From assembly GCF_009734345.1 (NCBI RefSeq), contig NZ_CP032551.1, positions 2,220,001 to 2,252,000 of the forward strand: a DNA stretch of 32,000 nucleotides, in the 5' to 3' direction. The number at the start of each line of letters is the position of its first letter. Positions within the stretch are counted from its first letter, which is position 1. Source of the stretch: Pseudidiomarina andamanensis (GTDB taxonomy: Bacteria; Pseudomonadota; Gammaproteobacteria; Enterobacterales; Alteromonadaceae). The position numbers and the translations under genes are program-made. Positions 1 to 10,424 of this stretch are shown here, piece after piece. The notes beneath the pieces were generated by a model. The model saw nothing but the letters and a program-made list of their open reading frames with translations, was not told the DNA's origin and searched no databases.

Positions 1-1
1 T

Positions 2-445
2 GCTGGTAACTGGTTCGGTACCGCAGCACCAGATTTAACTTTGGTGTCTCGTGTGCGCGGTGCTGACTGGATCTATACCTATTTACGCTCGTTCTATGTT
101 GATGAGAGCCGTCCATTCGGTGTCAACAACGCTGTATTCCCAAATGTGGGTATGCCGCACGTACTAGAAGAGCTTCAAGGTATTCCACGCAAAACCACCG
201 AGCAACGAATGATTGACGGTGAAATGCAAGACGTTTATGTGGGCATTAAAACCGACGGCAGCGGTATGTTGACTGAAGCTGAATACGATCAGGCAGCGTT
301 AGATCTGACCAACTTTTTGGTTTACACCGGTGAACCGATGATGTTGGAGCAGCAGCGCATTGGTTGGTATGTGTTCGGTTTCCTACTAGTCTTTTTAATT
401 TTCGCAGTACTGCTGAAACGCGAATTCTTTAAGGACGTGAAATAA
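2..445 (+). CDS. petC: cytochrome c1 subunit of ubiquinol-cytochrome c reductase, C-terminal part (5' end lies outside the window)
   Basis: The open frame runs from the window edge (AGNWFGTAAPDLTLVSRVRGADWIYTYLRSFY...). It has the typical cytochrome c1 'PDLS/T..R.GADY/W.Y.YL' region and a C-terminal TM anchor (WYVFGFLLVFLIFAVLL). sspA follows immediately, as in many non-enteric gammaproteobacteria. Confidence 0.85.
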   Translation, partial: AGNWFGTAAPDLTLVSRVRGADWIYTYLRSFYVDESRPFGVNNAVFPNVGMPHVLEELQGIPRKTTEQRMIDGEMQDVYVGIKTDGSGMLTEAEYDQAALDLTNFLVYTGEPMMLEQQRIGWYVFGFLLVFLIFAVLLKREFFKDVK

Positions 446-462
446 GCTTTATGGAGAACAAC

Positions 463-1092
463 ATGTCGGTTGCGGCAAACAAGCGGTCAGTGATGACCTT
501 ATATTCGGGCGTAAATGACTTACGCAGCCATCAAACACGTATCGTGCTCGCTGAAAAAGGCGTGGGCGTTGAGATTACTTTTGTTGAACCGGATAATCTT
601 CCGGAAGACTTAATGCAACTCAATCCATATGCTGACGCGTTGCCAACGTTGGTGGATCGTGAGTTGGTGCTATACAACGCTCATATCATCATGGAATATC
701 TTGATGAACGTTTCCCGCATCCGCCATTGATGCCGGTATATCCGGTAGCGCGTGGCACGAGTCGATTGATGATGTATCGCATTGATCGCGATTGGTATGC
801 GTTAGCGGATAAAATTCTAGCTGGTGGAAAAGGCGCAGATGCTGCTCGTCAAGAATTACGCGAAGGTATTCTTGCACTGGCACCACTATTCGCTGATTCA
901 CCGTTCTTCATGAGTGAAGAGTTTAGCTTGGTAGACTGCTACTTGGCGCCGTTGCTGTGGCGTTTGCCACTGTACGGTATCCAATTAGAAGGTACTGGTG
1001 CGAAAGAAGTAAAAGCCTACATGGTTCGCGTGTTTGAGCGTGAATCATTCCAAGAATCACTCACAGACATTGAGCGAGACTTAGGTCGGTGA
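463..1092 (+). CDS. sspA: stringent starvation protein A (GST-like RNAP-associated regulator)
   Basis: Near-colinear with E. coli SspA: 'AANKRSVMTLYSG', 'IIMEYLDERFPHPPLMPVYPVARG', 'FSLVDCYLAPLLWRLP'. I chose the ATG at 463 (MSVAANK...) over the ORF-track start at 451 by homology. Confidence 0.95.
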   Translation: MSVAANKRSVMTLYSGVNDLRSHQTRIVLAEKGVGVEITFVEPDNLPEDLMQLNPYADALPTLVDRELVLYNAHIIMEYLDERFPHPPLMPVYPVARGTSRLMMYRIDRDWYALADKILAGGKGADAARQELREGILALAPLFADSPFFMSEEFSLVDCYLAPLLWRLPLYGIQLEGTGAKEVKAYMVRVFERESFQESLTDIERDLGR

Positions 1093-1562
1093 GTGATGAA
1101 GCTATGACACCGCGTCGCCCGTACTTAGTGCGGGCGATGTATGAATGGCTTTTGGATAATCAGCTTACACCGCATCTCGCGGTTGATGCTGATTACCCAG
1201 GCTGTCAGGTGCCATGGCAATTTGTTCAAGATGGTCAAATCATCTTGAACATTTCCCCTACCGCAGTAACCAATTTCACCGCCGATAATGAAGCCGTTCA
1301 GTTTAATGCTCGTTTCTCAGGTAATCCGCATCGCGTCATCGTACCGATGGGTGCTATTCTTGCGATGTATGCGCGAGAAAACGGCGCGGGTAGTATGTTC
1401 GAGCCTGAGCCCTATTATGAGAATCCAACTGCGATATCGCCTGTTAGCGAGTCTGTGACTGAGACCACTAAGAGCGAAACAGCAGAAAAAGATACGGATA
1501 CCAAGAAAAAAGAAAGCCAGAAGAAAAAATCTTCCAGCTCTCATTTACGTGTCGTCAAATAA
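1089..1562 (+). CDS. sspB: stringent starvation protein B (ClpXP specificity adaptor)
   Basis: 'TPRRPYLVRAMYEWLLDNQLTPHL' and 'YARENGAGSMFEPE' match E. coli SspB. An acidic/Lys-rich linker is followed by the C-terminal ClpX-binding tail 'LRVVK'. The GTG at 1089 overlaps the sspA stop; the ATG at 1104 is an alternative start. Confidence 0.93.
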   Translation: MSDEAMTPRRPYLVRAMYEWLLDNQLTPHLAVDADYPGCQVPWQFVQDGQIILNISPTAVTNFTADNEAVQFNARFSGNPHRVIVPMGAILAMYARENGAGSMFEPEPYYENPTAISPVSESVTETTKSETAEKDTDTKKKESQKKKSSSSHLRVVK

Positions 1563-1574
1563 CTCGAGTTGAGT

Positions 1575-2150
1575 TTATTCAAAAGCGTCAATCACGCGTG
1601 TGACGCCGTTGATATTTCGTGCAATGTCGATTGCCTGACGTGCGATATCTCGTTCGACAAAACCCATCAATGCAACTTCACCATTTTCTGTAACCACCTT
1701 AATATCACTCGCTTTTATTTTATCATCGGCAATAAATTTCGCTTTGATTTTGCTGGTGATATAAGTGTCTTGGCTAATTTGACCAATTGAAATAACCGGT
1801 GCCACTTTCAATTCATTGTGAACCCTGTCGACACCTTGAGTGTTACGCACAAGGTGACTTGCTAAGTCACGGAGTGAACTATTCGTTACTTGACCCAATA
1901 ACAATACAGAGCGATTGAATGAAACAACCTGTACGCGGGAGTCGTCCAAGCGGTCTTCCCCTTTCAATGCAGTGATAACGCGAACTTCAATAGTTTGATC
2001 ATCAATTTGAGTGCCGACGCTACGCGTATCGGTTGCGGCTGAAATGCCTACTGCGGTCGCACCTACGAGTGCCGCAGCGCAACCAGTTAAACTAACCGCT
2101 ATCGCGGCGCAAAATACCGCTACAGGCAATAAATTTCGACGTTCAGTCAT
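1575..2150 (-). CDS. dolP: outer-membrane lipoprotein with two BON domains (DolP/YraP)
   Basis: Signal peptide with lipobox 'SLTGC', followed by two BON-like repeats (..VVSFNRSVLLLGQV.. and ..VVTENGEVALMGFV..). It has the conserved position downstream of diaA. Start set to MTERRNLL (ATG 2150-2148), which overlaps the diaA stop by 1 nt. Confidence 0.85.
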   Translation of the reverse strand: MTERRNLLPVAVFCAAIAVSLTGCAAALVGATAVGISAATDTRSVGTQIDDQTIEVRVITALKGEDRLDDSRVQVVSFNRSVLLLGQVTNSSLRDLASHLVRNTQGVDRVHNELKVAPVISIGQISQDTYITSKIKAKFIADDKIKASDIKVVTENGEVALMGFVERDIARQAIDIARNINGVTRVIDAFE

Positions 2151-2719
2151 TAATCTGTCTCCTGTGGGAAAATTCGATGCTCTACGACACTGCACAGCAT
2201 GTTAGAAATCTGAAGTAAGTGCTCACTCGCACGAGCCGCGTTACTGGTTGGAATGCGTATCTCTACATCATCAGGTCCCAATAACCCGGCGATATCGACA
2301 TCACTTGTTTGCGTAATCGCGATGATCAACATATCACGACTCAACGCGGCTTCCATTGCGCGGCTCACGCGCGGTGCTCGCTCAGCTGCATTGAATACCA
2401 CGAGTAGATCGCTTGGTTGTCCTACGGCTTGTATTTGCTGGGCGAACATACGGTCATATTCAAGTGCACCATAATCTGCATGCAAGGAAGTTACCGGAAA
2501 TGGAGGACGCTCAAAACTTAAGCCAGTCAACATAATATGCGCAAAATGGCGGGATGTTGCGTGGGCAAGACCTTCGCCGCAACAGTACACCTTACGACCG
2601 TTTAAGAGCGAATCAACGAGTAAATTACATGCCAGTTCAATTGGTTCTTGCAGCATATCTGCAGCAGCAATTTGAGTTTGAATACACTCGGTAAATAAGG
2701 TTTTTATAGGATCCTGCAT
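2150..2719 (-). CDS. diaA: SIS-domain DnaA initiator-associating protein DiaA (GmhA-like fold)
   Basis: Colinear with E. coli DiaA: 'FTECIQTQIAAA', 'LLNGRKVYCCGEG', 'LLGPDDVEIRIP'. Synteny is yraN-diaA-dolP. Confidence 0.85.
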   Translation of the reverse strand: MQDPIKTLFTECIQTQIAAADMLQEPIELACNLLVDSLLNGRKVYCCGEGLAHATSRHFAHIMLTGLSFERPPFPVTSLHADYGALEYDRMFAQQIQAVGQPSDLLVVFNAAERAPRVSRAMEAALSRDMLIIAITQTSDVDIAGLLGPDDVEIRIPTSNAARASEHLLQISNMLCSVVEHRIFPQETD

Positions 2720-2728
2720 ATCACCTCG

Positions 2729-3079
2729 TTAAAACGCATCTTGCAACCATTGCGCCTGATCATAATCCATTACTATAGCAACGACATCGAAGCGCATGCG
2801 CGTTATATGTTCATTTAAATTATTCTGAATGAGAAAGAGTTGCGCGCATCGCCGAATCCTTTGACACTGCGCGGCGGTAATCTGTTCCACAACACTAGCA
2901 AAATGCTCGTTACTGCGACTTTTTACTTCAACGAACACCCAAGTATCCGCTTCCCGCATAATTAAATCAATTTCACCCATGTCACAACTGTAGTTACTTT
3001 CTACGTGGTCTAAGCCATGACGTTCAAGTAATGCGCGGGCGATTGCTTCGCCGTCATTTCCGATATCTTTTCGAGACAT
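2729..3079 (-). CDS. yraN: YraN family (UPF0102) predicted endonuclease
   Basis: 116 aa. It has the 'GEIDLIM' ... 'WVFVEVKSR' PD-(D/E)xK-like core typical of UPF0102 and sits between lpoA and diaA. Confidence 0.85.
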   Translation of the reverse strand: MSRKDIGNDGEAIARALLERHGLDHVESNYSCDMGEIDLIMREADTWVFVEVKSRSNEHFASVVEQITAAQCQRIRRCAQLFLIQNNLNEHITRMRFDVVAIVMDYDQAQWLQDAF

Positions 3080-3096
3080 TCCTTGTCCTCATTATG

Positions 3097-4959
3097 TTAT
3101 TGGCCCGCAACCACATCGTGACCTTTGAATTTAGCCCAATTGAGTTCACGCACAATTTGATTGTTACGAACGGTGAGTTCGCCAGTTAGCCCTTGTGCAG
3201 AAATACCCGGCATGGTCTGTAATAACGGTAAGCGTTGGCTTAGCAGCAAGGCGTCATGCCCAAAGGCGACCAGACGTGCGGTGCTATAGCCCCAGTTATT
3301 TCGTAACTCGAGCAGTTGTTTAAGCTGTTTCGCTTCATTGTGACCAGGCAGTAACCATGGTGCGTCCGTAAAACGAACATTATCGAGATCGTTTTCGCTC
3401 AGATCATTGCGAAGCGTATGGCTACCTGAATTCGCATAAACGGGTAGCGCCTTCATGAATGGCGAAATATTGACGTCAATAAACGGTTTTAACAATCGAG
3501 TTTGCTCAATGCCACCCACCAGATAAACCGAATCAACATCAGCACGGCTACGCGCCTGTGAATCGACAATTATCTTACCCGCAGCTATTTTAACTTGATA
3601 AATACGCGCTTCACTAGTGGTGACGCCTAATTGATCTTGAACCGCATTTTTCATCTCTTCAGTATTGCGATAATCACCTAACGACATCGGAACAGGGTCA
3701 TTGAATTGAGCTTCCCAGGCGGCTCGAAATACTTCGGCGTGTTGTTGGCCGCGCTCGGTAGCTGGTGCCAGCACAATTGGATGACGGTATCCTTGTTTTG
3801 CCATATGTTTGGCTGCCTGGCGTATTTCAGTCTCGGCATCCAAGGCGAAGAAATGCTGTTGTAATGAAGTCTCATTAAGCTCACCACTGGGCTCATTTAA
3901 CGTAAGCCAAGGAAGATTCTCTGGTAATTGAGAAGCGTCAATCGCCGCAATGTTCGGCTTTAATAAAGGACCAATTAATACGTTTGCTTGATGTTGTTGC
4001 AATAATTCCGGAAGGGCGGTGAACTCGATAGCATTGGTATCTAGAAACTGCGCACTTACTTGAGGCAATCGGCTCAGAGCTTTCACTAGGCCATCACGAA
4101 CTGCTAACCCTTGCTCGGCATATTGACCTGTTAGCGGAAGTAACACCAGTGCGCGATTACGCGGCTGTTCGGTCAGTGCAATCAACTTATCAACAACGAA
4201 CTGCGCTGGGTGATCACGAAATTGCCCTTGCCATTGAGTCAATACAGCATCTAATTGTGAAGGCGTCGTATTAATCTGGTGCAATGCCCGTACTAATGCT
4301 GCCCAGCCGGCGACCAACTGGCTACGCTGAAAACTTGGTGGCAATGTCAGTTGGTCGGGCTCTTGTACGTTCCGTAAAATTTCCCAAGCTTGCTGCGGTG
4401 TTGTACTGTCTGGTGCAACATTAATAAGCTGCAACTGATAGCTTGCCGCTTGCTCCCATTTTCGTTGTGCGCTTGCGGACCGCAGAGCCAGCTCTAAAGT
4501 TTGCTCAGGATAATCAACCGATAGGCGCGGAAGAAGTAACGGTTCAAGAACTTGCTCGACGTAATTCCAGCGCCCCTCATGCCCCGCAAAACGTGCTTCA
4601 AGTAGCGCCATGAGTTGTTTTTGAGCGGTGTTTAAATTTGCATCGTCAAAGTGCCGTTGAATCTGGGCAATAACCACCGCACTTTGCTGCCAGTGTCCAT
4701 CGCGCTGAAAAGTTGCAGCTGCTTGCAATAGCGCATCAACCTGCTCTTCGCCTTGCATTAGTCGCGCATTGGCAAGCCAACTTTGCGCCGAGCGAAATTG
4801 TTCATCAAGAGGTACTGCGGTGAAATCAGAGCTGTCGTCACTGATTGGTGCTTGTGTTGAGGACGAACGCGGTGCTGAAGAACAGCCATTGAGTGCAGTA
4901 AACAACGCAACAATAACCATGCACAACAGAAACTTCTTTGGCACAATAGCAACAGACAT
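3097..4959 (-). CDS. lpoA: penicillin-binding protein 1A activator lipoprotein LpoA
   Basis: About 620 aa. Signal peptide with lipobox 'LNGCSS', a helical/TPR-like N-terminal half and a periplasmic-binding-protein-like C-terminal half. It is divergent from rsmI, as in E. coli (yraM). Start taken as the ATG at 4959 (MSVAIV...); the GTG at 4974 is possible. Confidence 0.85.
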   Translation of the reverse strand: MSVAIVPKKFLLCMVIVALFTALNGCSSAPRSSSTQAPISDDSSDFTAVPLDEQFRSAQSWLANARLMQGEEQVDALLQAAATFQRDGHWQQSAVVIAQIQRHFDDANLNTAQKQLMALLEARFAGHEGRWNYVEQVLEPLLLPRLSVDYPEQTLELALRSASAQRKWEQAASYQLQLINVAPDSTTPQQAWEILRNVQEPDQLTLPPSFQRSQLVAGWAALVRALHQINTTPSQLDAVLTQWQGQFRDHPAQFVVDKLIALTEQPRNRALVLLPLTGQYAEQGLAVRDGLVKALSRLPQVSAQFLDTNAIEFTALPELLQQHQANVLIGPLLKPNIAAIDASQLPENLPWLTLNEPSGELNETSLQQHFFALDAETEIRQAAKHMAKQGYRHPIVLAPATERGQQHAEVFRAAWEAQFNDPVPMSLGDYRNTEEMKNAVQDQLGVTTSEARIYQVKIAAGKIIVDSQARSRADVDSVYLVGGIEQTRLLKPFIDVNISPFMKALPVYANSGSHTLRNDLSENDLDNVRFTDAPWLLPGHNEAKQLKQLLELRNNWGYSTARLVAFGHDALLLSQRLPLLQTMPGISAQGLTGELTVRNNQIVRELNWAKFKGHDVVAGQ

Positions 4960-5053
4960 TTTGAATTCACCCACGTTTTTTACAATGGGTCATACTATAA
5001 ACCCTACGGCAAGGCTTCACAATCACGCCGACGGGTTCTTACAAGGGGTTAAC

Positions 5054-5905
5054 ATGACGACCGATACCGCTGGCTGTTTATATATTGTGCCAACACCTAT
5101 TGGCAATTTGGCGGATATCACTGAGCGCGCAATTAATGTCTTACGCATGTGTGATGCCATTGCCGCTGAAGATACCCGTCATAGCGGACAACTGATGCAG
5201 CATCTAGGTATTCGCGCAACCATGTTCGCGCTGCATGAACACAACGAGCGGCAACGTGCAGAACAGGTGATTGAGAGGCTGCAGCGCGGTGAATCGATTG
5301 CGTTAATTAGTGACGCTGGTACGCCATTAATTTCTGACCCTGGTTACGTGTTGGTACAACAGTGCCGTCAAGCTGGCATCAAAGTCATTGCCTTGCCAGG
5401 CGCCTGTGCATTTGTCACTGCTTTGTCAGGTGCAGGCTTGCCAACCGACCGTTTTAGCTTTGAAGGTTTCTTACCGGCAAAACCACAGCAACGCCGCAAG
5501 CGTCTTGAGCAGCTCGCAGACGAAACACGTACCATGGTTTTTTATGAATCACCACATCGCATCACTGATACATTAGCAGACTTAATGACGACAATTGGTA
5601 GTGAACGTCCGTTAGTACTGGCGCGTGAACTGACCAAGCAATTTGAAACTTACCTAACCGGCACCATTGGCGAAGTTCAGCAGCAAGTGCTCAGTGATAG
5701 TAACCAACAGCGTGGTGAAATGGTGCTCATTCTTGGTGGTGCGCCTGAAGTAGAAGAAGATGACGTGAACCCCGCCGCATTAAGAACGCTTAACCTGCTT
5801 CGTAAAGAGTTGCCATTGAAAAAAGCCGCGGCCTTGGCTGCGGAGATTCACGGCGCACGTAAAAACACCTTGTATCAACTGGCGCTCGAGCAAGATAACC
5901 AGTAG
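5054..5905 (+). CDS. rsmI: 16S rRNA (cytidine1402-2'-O)-methyltransferase
   Basis: '[15 protein letters not shown]', 'AAEDTRHSG', '[12 protein letters not shown]' (tetrapyrrole-methylase fold, RsmI/YraL). The ORF-track start at 4769 lies antisense inside lpoA, so I trimmed it to the ATG at 5054 ([12 protein letters not shown]). Confidence 0.93.
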   Translation: MTTDTAGCLYIVPTPIGNLADITERAINVLRMCDAIAAEDTRHSGQLMQHLGIRATMFALHEHNERQRAEQVIERLQRGESIALISDAGTPLISDPGYVLVQQCRQAGIKVIALPGACAFVTALSGAGLPTDRFSFEGFLPAKPQQRRKRLEQLADETRTMVFYESPHRITDTLADLMTTIGSERPLVLARELTKQFETYLTGTIGEVQQQVLSDSNQQRGEMVLILGGAPEVEEDDVNPAALRTLNLLRKELPLKKAAALAAEIHGARKNTLYQLALEQDNQ

Positions 5906-5908
5906 AAT
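5903..5908 (+). promoter_or_regulatory. candidate -10 hexamer (TAGAAT) of the rnpB promoter, overlapping the rsmI TAG stop codon
   Basis: TAGAAT ends 7 nt upstream of the first base of the predicted P1 helix (5915). No good -35 is visible: with a 17-bp spacer the hexamer is TGGCGC. Confidence 0.4.
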
Positions 5909-5914
5909 GCGCGT

Positions 5915-6255
<341 letters not shown>

Positions 6256-6276
<21 letters not shown>

Positions 6277-8520
6277 TTCTTTTTCAGAATTAGTTCGCTC
6301 TAATACATCACGGTTGAACTGCTGGGTGAAGCGAATGAATTCATTCAATGGCATGGCACGTCCGTAGAAAAAGCCCTGCTGGTAATGGCATTTCTGCTGC
6401 TGTAGAAACTCCACCTGCTGTTCATGCTCAACACCTTCGGCTACCACACTCATGTTTAACGTGTGCGCTATACGTATAAGCACTTCAACTAACGCTTTTT
6501 GTTGACCTTGGTGCGGTACGTTATGCAAAAAGCTGCGGTCAATCTTAATCACATCAATCGGGTACGAGCGCAAATAGTTCAAACTTGAATAACCGGTGCC
6601 AAAATCGTCTATCGCCAACGAAATACCAGCATCACGCAGCTTACGTAAGTTGGCGAATTGACGTTCTTTATTGCGCATGAGCATCGATTCAGTGATTTCG
6701 AACATCAATCGATTGGTCGGCACATCGGCCGCTGCTATCACATTGAGCCAGTGTGTTGCTGCCTGGCGGTCATTGAATTCACGTGGTGAACGGTTCAACG
6801 CAATGGCTAAATCTAAGCCCGCTTCGTGCATTTTCTTCCAATCCCGTACCACTTGACGCAATACAAAATCACCTAACCCAATAATTGCACCTGTTTTCTC
6901 GGCAATAGGAATAAATTCAGCTGGGGATATGGCACCACGTTCTGGGTGGGTCCACCGAATCAACGCTTCACAACGTGTAAGTAAACCAGTTTCTGTCTCA
7001 ATAACTGGCTGGTAATGCACTTCAAATTGCTCGGCCTCAATGCCCTTTATAATCTGATGGTGTAAATTAATATCGCGCTCAGTGCTTTGACGCAATTGTT
7101 CATCAAAGAAATGAACACTCATCGCACCTTGTGCTTTAGCGGCATACATTGCCAGTTCTGCATGTTTCAATAACTGCTGCACTTCTTGACCATCATGCGG
7201 GAACATCGCAATACCAGTACTGGCGGTCATGTTGATATGGTTGTGTTCAATATCGAGTGTATGCAAAAGATCATTCATGATAGCTTTCGCCCGAATTTCA
7301 GCTTCACTCGGGTCGTTGAGATCTCGCAAAACAATGGCGAATTCGTCACCGCCGATACGAGCAAGCAGGTCATCTTCGCGAATACTGGTTCGAATACGCT
7401 CCGCTACCCGCTGCAACAAGGCATCACCAACTTCATGACCCAATACGTCATTTATTTCTCGCAAATGATCAAGATCAAGAACCAATAAGGCAAATTTTTG
7501 CTGATTGCGAAGTGCCGCACGAATGTCTGCGCCAAGTTGCTCAGCAAAGAAATTTCGATTCGGTAAATCCGTTAAACCATCATAGCGAGCTTGATAAGCA
7601 ATGGTGGAAATAGCGCCCCGCAGTCGATGTTGGGTAAAAATCAGCATTAAAAATGCCGATAAAATAACTGCGGTGAGACCAATTCCAATAGCCCAGTGCA
7701 GCCAAAAATCAGCATTGGTAGCAACCCATTGGCCGTCGCGGGGGTAAGCAGCTAATTCCCAGCGTCCCCGAGGAAAGGTTATTTCAGTAACGAGCGCATC
7801 AGGATTAAAGACATCATCACTACCGGCAAAGGCTTGCGGGTTAGGCTCTAAATCATTTTTTGCATGGCGAATTGCGAACGAATAATTCGGATGCTGGTAA
7901 AAGCGAACGCCCTCAAGCAGGTGCACATGGTCAATCACCAACGAAGCAACCCCCCACAAGGTACGGTCGTTTCGGAATACTGGCATGCGAGCAATTAAGG
8001 CATCGCGGCCTTGTGTAAGGCGCATCGGGCCGGTTAACACGACATCCTTTACAGCAATGGCGCGTAATATACCGGCGTACTGATCGGTATCAAGTCGGTA
8101 GTTAAAACCAATAATGGATTGGTTTCCTTCAACGGGATAGACAAACTTAACGACCAAATCAGGCGCAAGCGCCACATGCATAATATCGAGATTCGAAGAT
8201 AGGAACTCATCAATGATGTGTTGTAGACGAACGCGGTCAGGGGTATCTTGCCACAGAATTTCAGGACGCAGCGCACGCAGTGCTAACATATTGGCTTGTA
8301 AGCGCTGTTCAATTTGGCCTCGCATGGCACTTAAGTGCTCGCTGGTTCGGCGTTTTTCTATTTCCAGTTGTTGTTGTCGTTCGCCGTCGACCACAAGGTA
8401 CACCGCGTACAACAAAGCCGATGCAATAAAGAGCACAACAACAAGGTAGCGCAATAAGCGCCAGCGTTCGGACTGCTTACCGAACTTATCTGGAAAACTC
8501 ACAACATCTATCTGCTTCAT
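6256..8520 (-). CDS. membrane sensor diguanylate cyclase/phosphodiesterase (TM - CHASE-like periplasmic domain - TM - GGDEF - EAL)
   Basis: 754 aa with two TM segments (about residues 22-44 and 275-297) flanking a CHASE-like domain ('VYPVEGNQSIIGFNY', 'VLTGPMRLTQGRDALIARMPVF'). The GGDEF domain has an intact 'GGDEF' and an RxxD I-site ('REDD' 5 residues upstream). The EAL domain has 'EALIRW', 'DDFGTGYSS' and 'EGVE'. The periplasmic domain assignment is by eye only. Confidence 0.85.
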
Positions 8521-8636
8521 TTATATGAGAAAGCTTGTTATTAGAATTATATGCTAATTGACATAGTACTCGCATCATCCTTTACCTAATCCTTGCCGTC
8601 AAGCGCTGTTACATATCGCAAACCAATCATTTTTCC

Positions 8637-8666
8637 TTGACAGGTGGAAAGATCGGCACCTAGACT
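8637..8666 (+). promoter_or_regulatory. candidate Pmra promoter of the dcw cluster (-35 TTGACA, -10 TAGACT)
   Basis: A perfect TTGACA at 8637-8642, an 18-bp spacer, then TAGACT at 8661-8666. This implies a 5' UTR of about 36 nt before the mraZ ATG, similar to E. coli Pmra. Confidence 0.5.
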
Positions 8667-8673
8667 GTCACAT

Positions 8674-8700
8674 TGTGGGGATTTGTGGGTAATAGTGGAT
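8674..8700 (+). promoter_or_regulatory. putative MraZ operator: three direct repeats with a 10-bp period
   Basis: TGTGGGG (8674-8680), TGTGGGT (8684-8690) and AGTGGAT (8694-8700). These read as TGGGG / TGGGT / TGGAT separated by 5-nt spacers, matching the TGGGN-N5 direct-repeat operator described for E. coli MraZ. The repeats lie between the candidate -10 and the mraZ start. Confidence 0.55.
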
Positions 8701-8708
8701 CAAATAAT

Positions 8709-9167
8709 ATGTTTCGTGGCGCAGCAGCACTCAGTCTAGATGACAAAGGTCGGCTCGCGATACCAGCAAAGTATCGCAAGAGTCTGCTTTTGGATTGTGA
8801 CGGGCAAATGGTCTGCACCATCGATATCAAGCAACCCTGTTTATTGTTGTATCCGTTGCCGCAGTGGCAATTGATTGAACAGAAGCTCACCACCTTATCA
8901 AGCATGAACCCCGCGGAGCGTCGTCTCCAGCGTTTGTTACTGGGTCACGCCGAAGATTGCCAAATGGATAAAAACGGTCGCATTTTGATAGCACCAACCC
9001 TGCGTCAACATGCGGATTTGAGTAAGAAGATCATGATTATTGGTCAGCTCAATAAGTTTGAACTTTGGTCTGAAGCGGCATGGCAAGAACAAATCGCAGC
9101 CGATATGGCAGCGGAGCAAGAAGACGACTTGGCACACAGTGATCGACTACAAGACTTCTCATTATAA
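8709..9167 (+). CDS. mraZ: transcriptional regulator MraZ
   Basis: '[23 protein letters not shown]', '[17 protein letters not shown]', 'GQLNKFELW' are colinear with E. coli MraZ (152 aa). Trimmed from the ORF-track start at 8673. Confidence 0.95.
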   Translation: MFRGAAALSLDDKGRLAIPAKYRKSLLLDCDGQMVCTIDIKQPCLLLYPLPQWQLIEQKLTTLSSMNPAERRLQRLLLGHAEDCQMDKNGRILIAPTLRQHADLSKKIMIIGQLNKFELWSEAAWQEQIAADMAAEQEDDLAHSDRLQDFSL

Positions 9168-10117
9168 TGACAACAGAAGCGCAACAACACGTCTCGGTGT
9201 TGTTACAAGAGTCCATCGAGGCTCTTGCGATCAAACCAGACGGAATTTATTTAGATGCAACCTTCGGTAGAGGGGGGCACTCGCGCGCTATTCTGGCCGA
9301 ATTAAACTCGCAAGGTAAACTTTATGCACTGGATCGTGACCCCACCGCGATTGCTGCAGCAGAAGCCTTGCGTGATGATCCAAGATTTACCATCATCCAC
9401 ACCCCATTCTCACGATTAGACGACGTGCTTGAAACGCAGCAATTGCGCGGCAAGCTTGACGGAATACTTTTTGATCTTGGCGTATCCTCCCCACAATTGG
9501 ATGACGCCGAACGTGGCTTTAGTTTCATGCGTGAAGGCCCACTTGATATGCGCATGGACACCAGTACTGGCATGACGGCGGCAGATTTCCTGAATTCTGC
9601 CAGCGCCGATGAAATTGCATTTGTGTTGCGAGAGTATGGCGAGGAGCGCTTTGCTTGGCGAATTGCCCAAGCTGTTGTGAAGCAGTGTGAGGAACAACCT
9701 CTTTCGACAACGCGGGAACTGGCGGAGCTTATTGCCAAAGCGGTGCCGTTTAAAGACAAACATAAGCATCCAGCAACGCGCAGCTTCCAAGGTATTCGTA
9801 TTCATATCAACGGCGAACTTGATGAAATTGAAACGGCATTAACCGCCGCTGTTAGTGGTTTGAAACCGGAAGGACGCCTTGCTGTGATCAGCTTTCACAG
9901 CCTAGAAGACCGCATGGTTAAACGGTTCATGCGAGCCCAAGCACAAGGTCGGCCAATTCCCGCAGGGCTTCCCATACGAGATGCGGACTTTGATCGCGGC
10001 CAAACGTTGCGCTTAATTGGCAAAGCGATTAAGCCATCAGCGGTTGAAATTAAAGCAAATCCACGAGCGCGGAGTTCCGTGCTACGCATCGCAGCGAGGT
10101 TAGATTATGAAAGCTAG
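9167..10117 (+). CDS. rsmH: 16S rRNA (cytosine1402-N4)-methyltransferase
   Basis: 'HVSVLLQE', '[10 protein letters not shown]', '[10 protein letters not shown]', 'SFHSLEDR'. TAATG overlap with mraZ. Confidence 0.95.
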   Translation: MTTEAQQHVSVLLQESIEALAIKPDGIYLDATFGRGGHSRAILAELNSQGKLYALDRDPTAIAAAEALRDDPRFTIIHTPFSRLDDVLETQQLRGKLDGILFDLGVSSPQLDDAERGFSFMREGPLDMRMDTSTGMTAADFLNSASADEIAFVLREYGEERFAWRIAQAVVKQCEEQPLSTTRELAELIAKAVPFKDKHKHPATRSFQGIRIHINGELDEIETALTAAVSGLKPEGRLAVISFHSLEDRMVKRFMRAQAQGRPIPAGLPIRDADFDRGQTLRLIGKAIKPSAVEIKANPRARSSVLRIAARLDYES

Positions 10118-10424
10118 CCGCGTCCCTGCATTAGTAGCTGTTTTATTTGACGATTTTCGCCAACACCTTGTGTTGGTTTTGCTGTTTTTAATGGTTATCG
10201 CCAGTGCAATGGCGGTGATTTACGTATCGCATAGCCATCGCTTGCTAACTATTGAGCGTGATGAGCTGTTATCGCAGCGTGATGAAATTGATATTGAGTG
10301 GCGTCATTTACAGATTGAACAGAATACCTTAACGGAACACAACCGAGTTGAACGTATTGCCGAACAGCGCCTTGATATGGTGCGCGCTGAAGCTGACCAG
10401 GAGGTGCTAGTGCCATGGCAGTAA
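10107..10424 (+). CDS. ftsL: cell division protein FtsL
   Basis: 105 aa with a single TM helix and a coiled coil. '[34 protein letters not shown]' matches E. coli FtsL. Sits between rsmH and ftsI. Confidence 0.9.
   Translation: MKASRVPALVAVLFDDFRQHLVLVLLFLMVIASAMAVIYVSHSHRLLTIERDELLSQRDEIDIEWRHLQIEQNTLTEHNRVERIAEQRLDMVRAEADQEVLVPWQ

Noticed and set aside
820-827. E. coli-type Chi octamers GCTGGTGG at 820-827 and 10498-10505 (+ strand), and CCACCAGC near 30813 (- strand)
   Set aside because: About 0.5 occurrences per strand are expected by chance in 32 kb. All lie in coding sequence, Chi sequences are lineage-specific, and no inference can be drawn from three hits.
4769-5053. N-terminal extension of the rsmI ORF. 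Analogous ORF-track extensions occur at 8673-8708 (mraZ), 17465-17509 (ftsW), 19857-19895 (murC), 22987-23055 (ftsA) and 30720-30914 (mutT).
   Set aside because: The extensions overlap the upstream gene or the antisense lpoA and have no homology to the respective families. Internal ATGs with stop-start overlaps or SD sequences reproduce the canonical N-termini.
6332-6345. 14-bp perfect palindrome GAATGAATTCATTC about 55 nt downstream of rnpB
   Set aside because: It lies inside the GGDEF-EAL CDS, where it encodes ..NEFIR.. About two 14-bp palindromes are expected by chance in a window of this size, and there is no adjacent U-run.
9322-9805. 145-aa and 129-aa minus-strand ORFs inside rsmH. Similar antisense ORFs occur at 16341-16721 (murD), 21178-21615 (murC/ddl junction), 22403-22744 (ftsQ) and 29443-29898 (secA).
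   Set aside because: All are embedded antisense in well-supported conserved CDSs. They are Ser/Arg/Ala/Cys-rich like typical shadow ORFs and lack start-site context.
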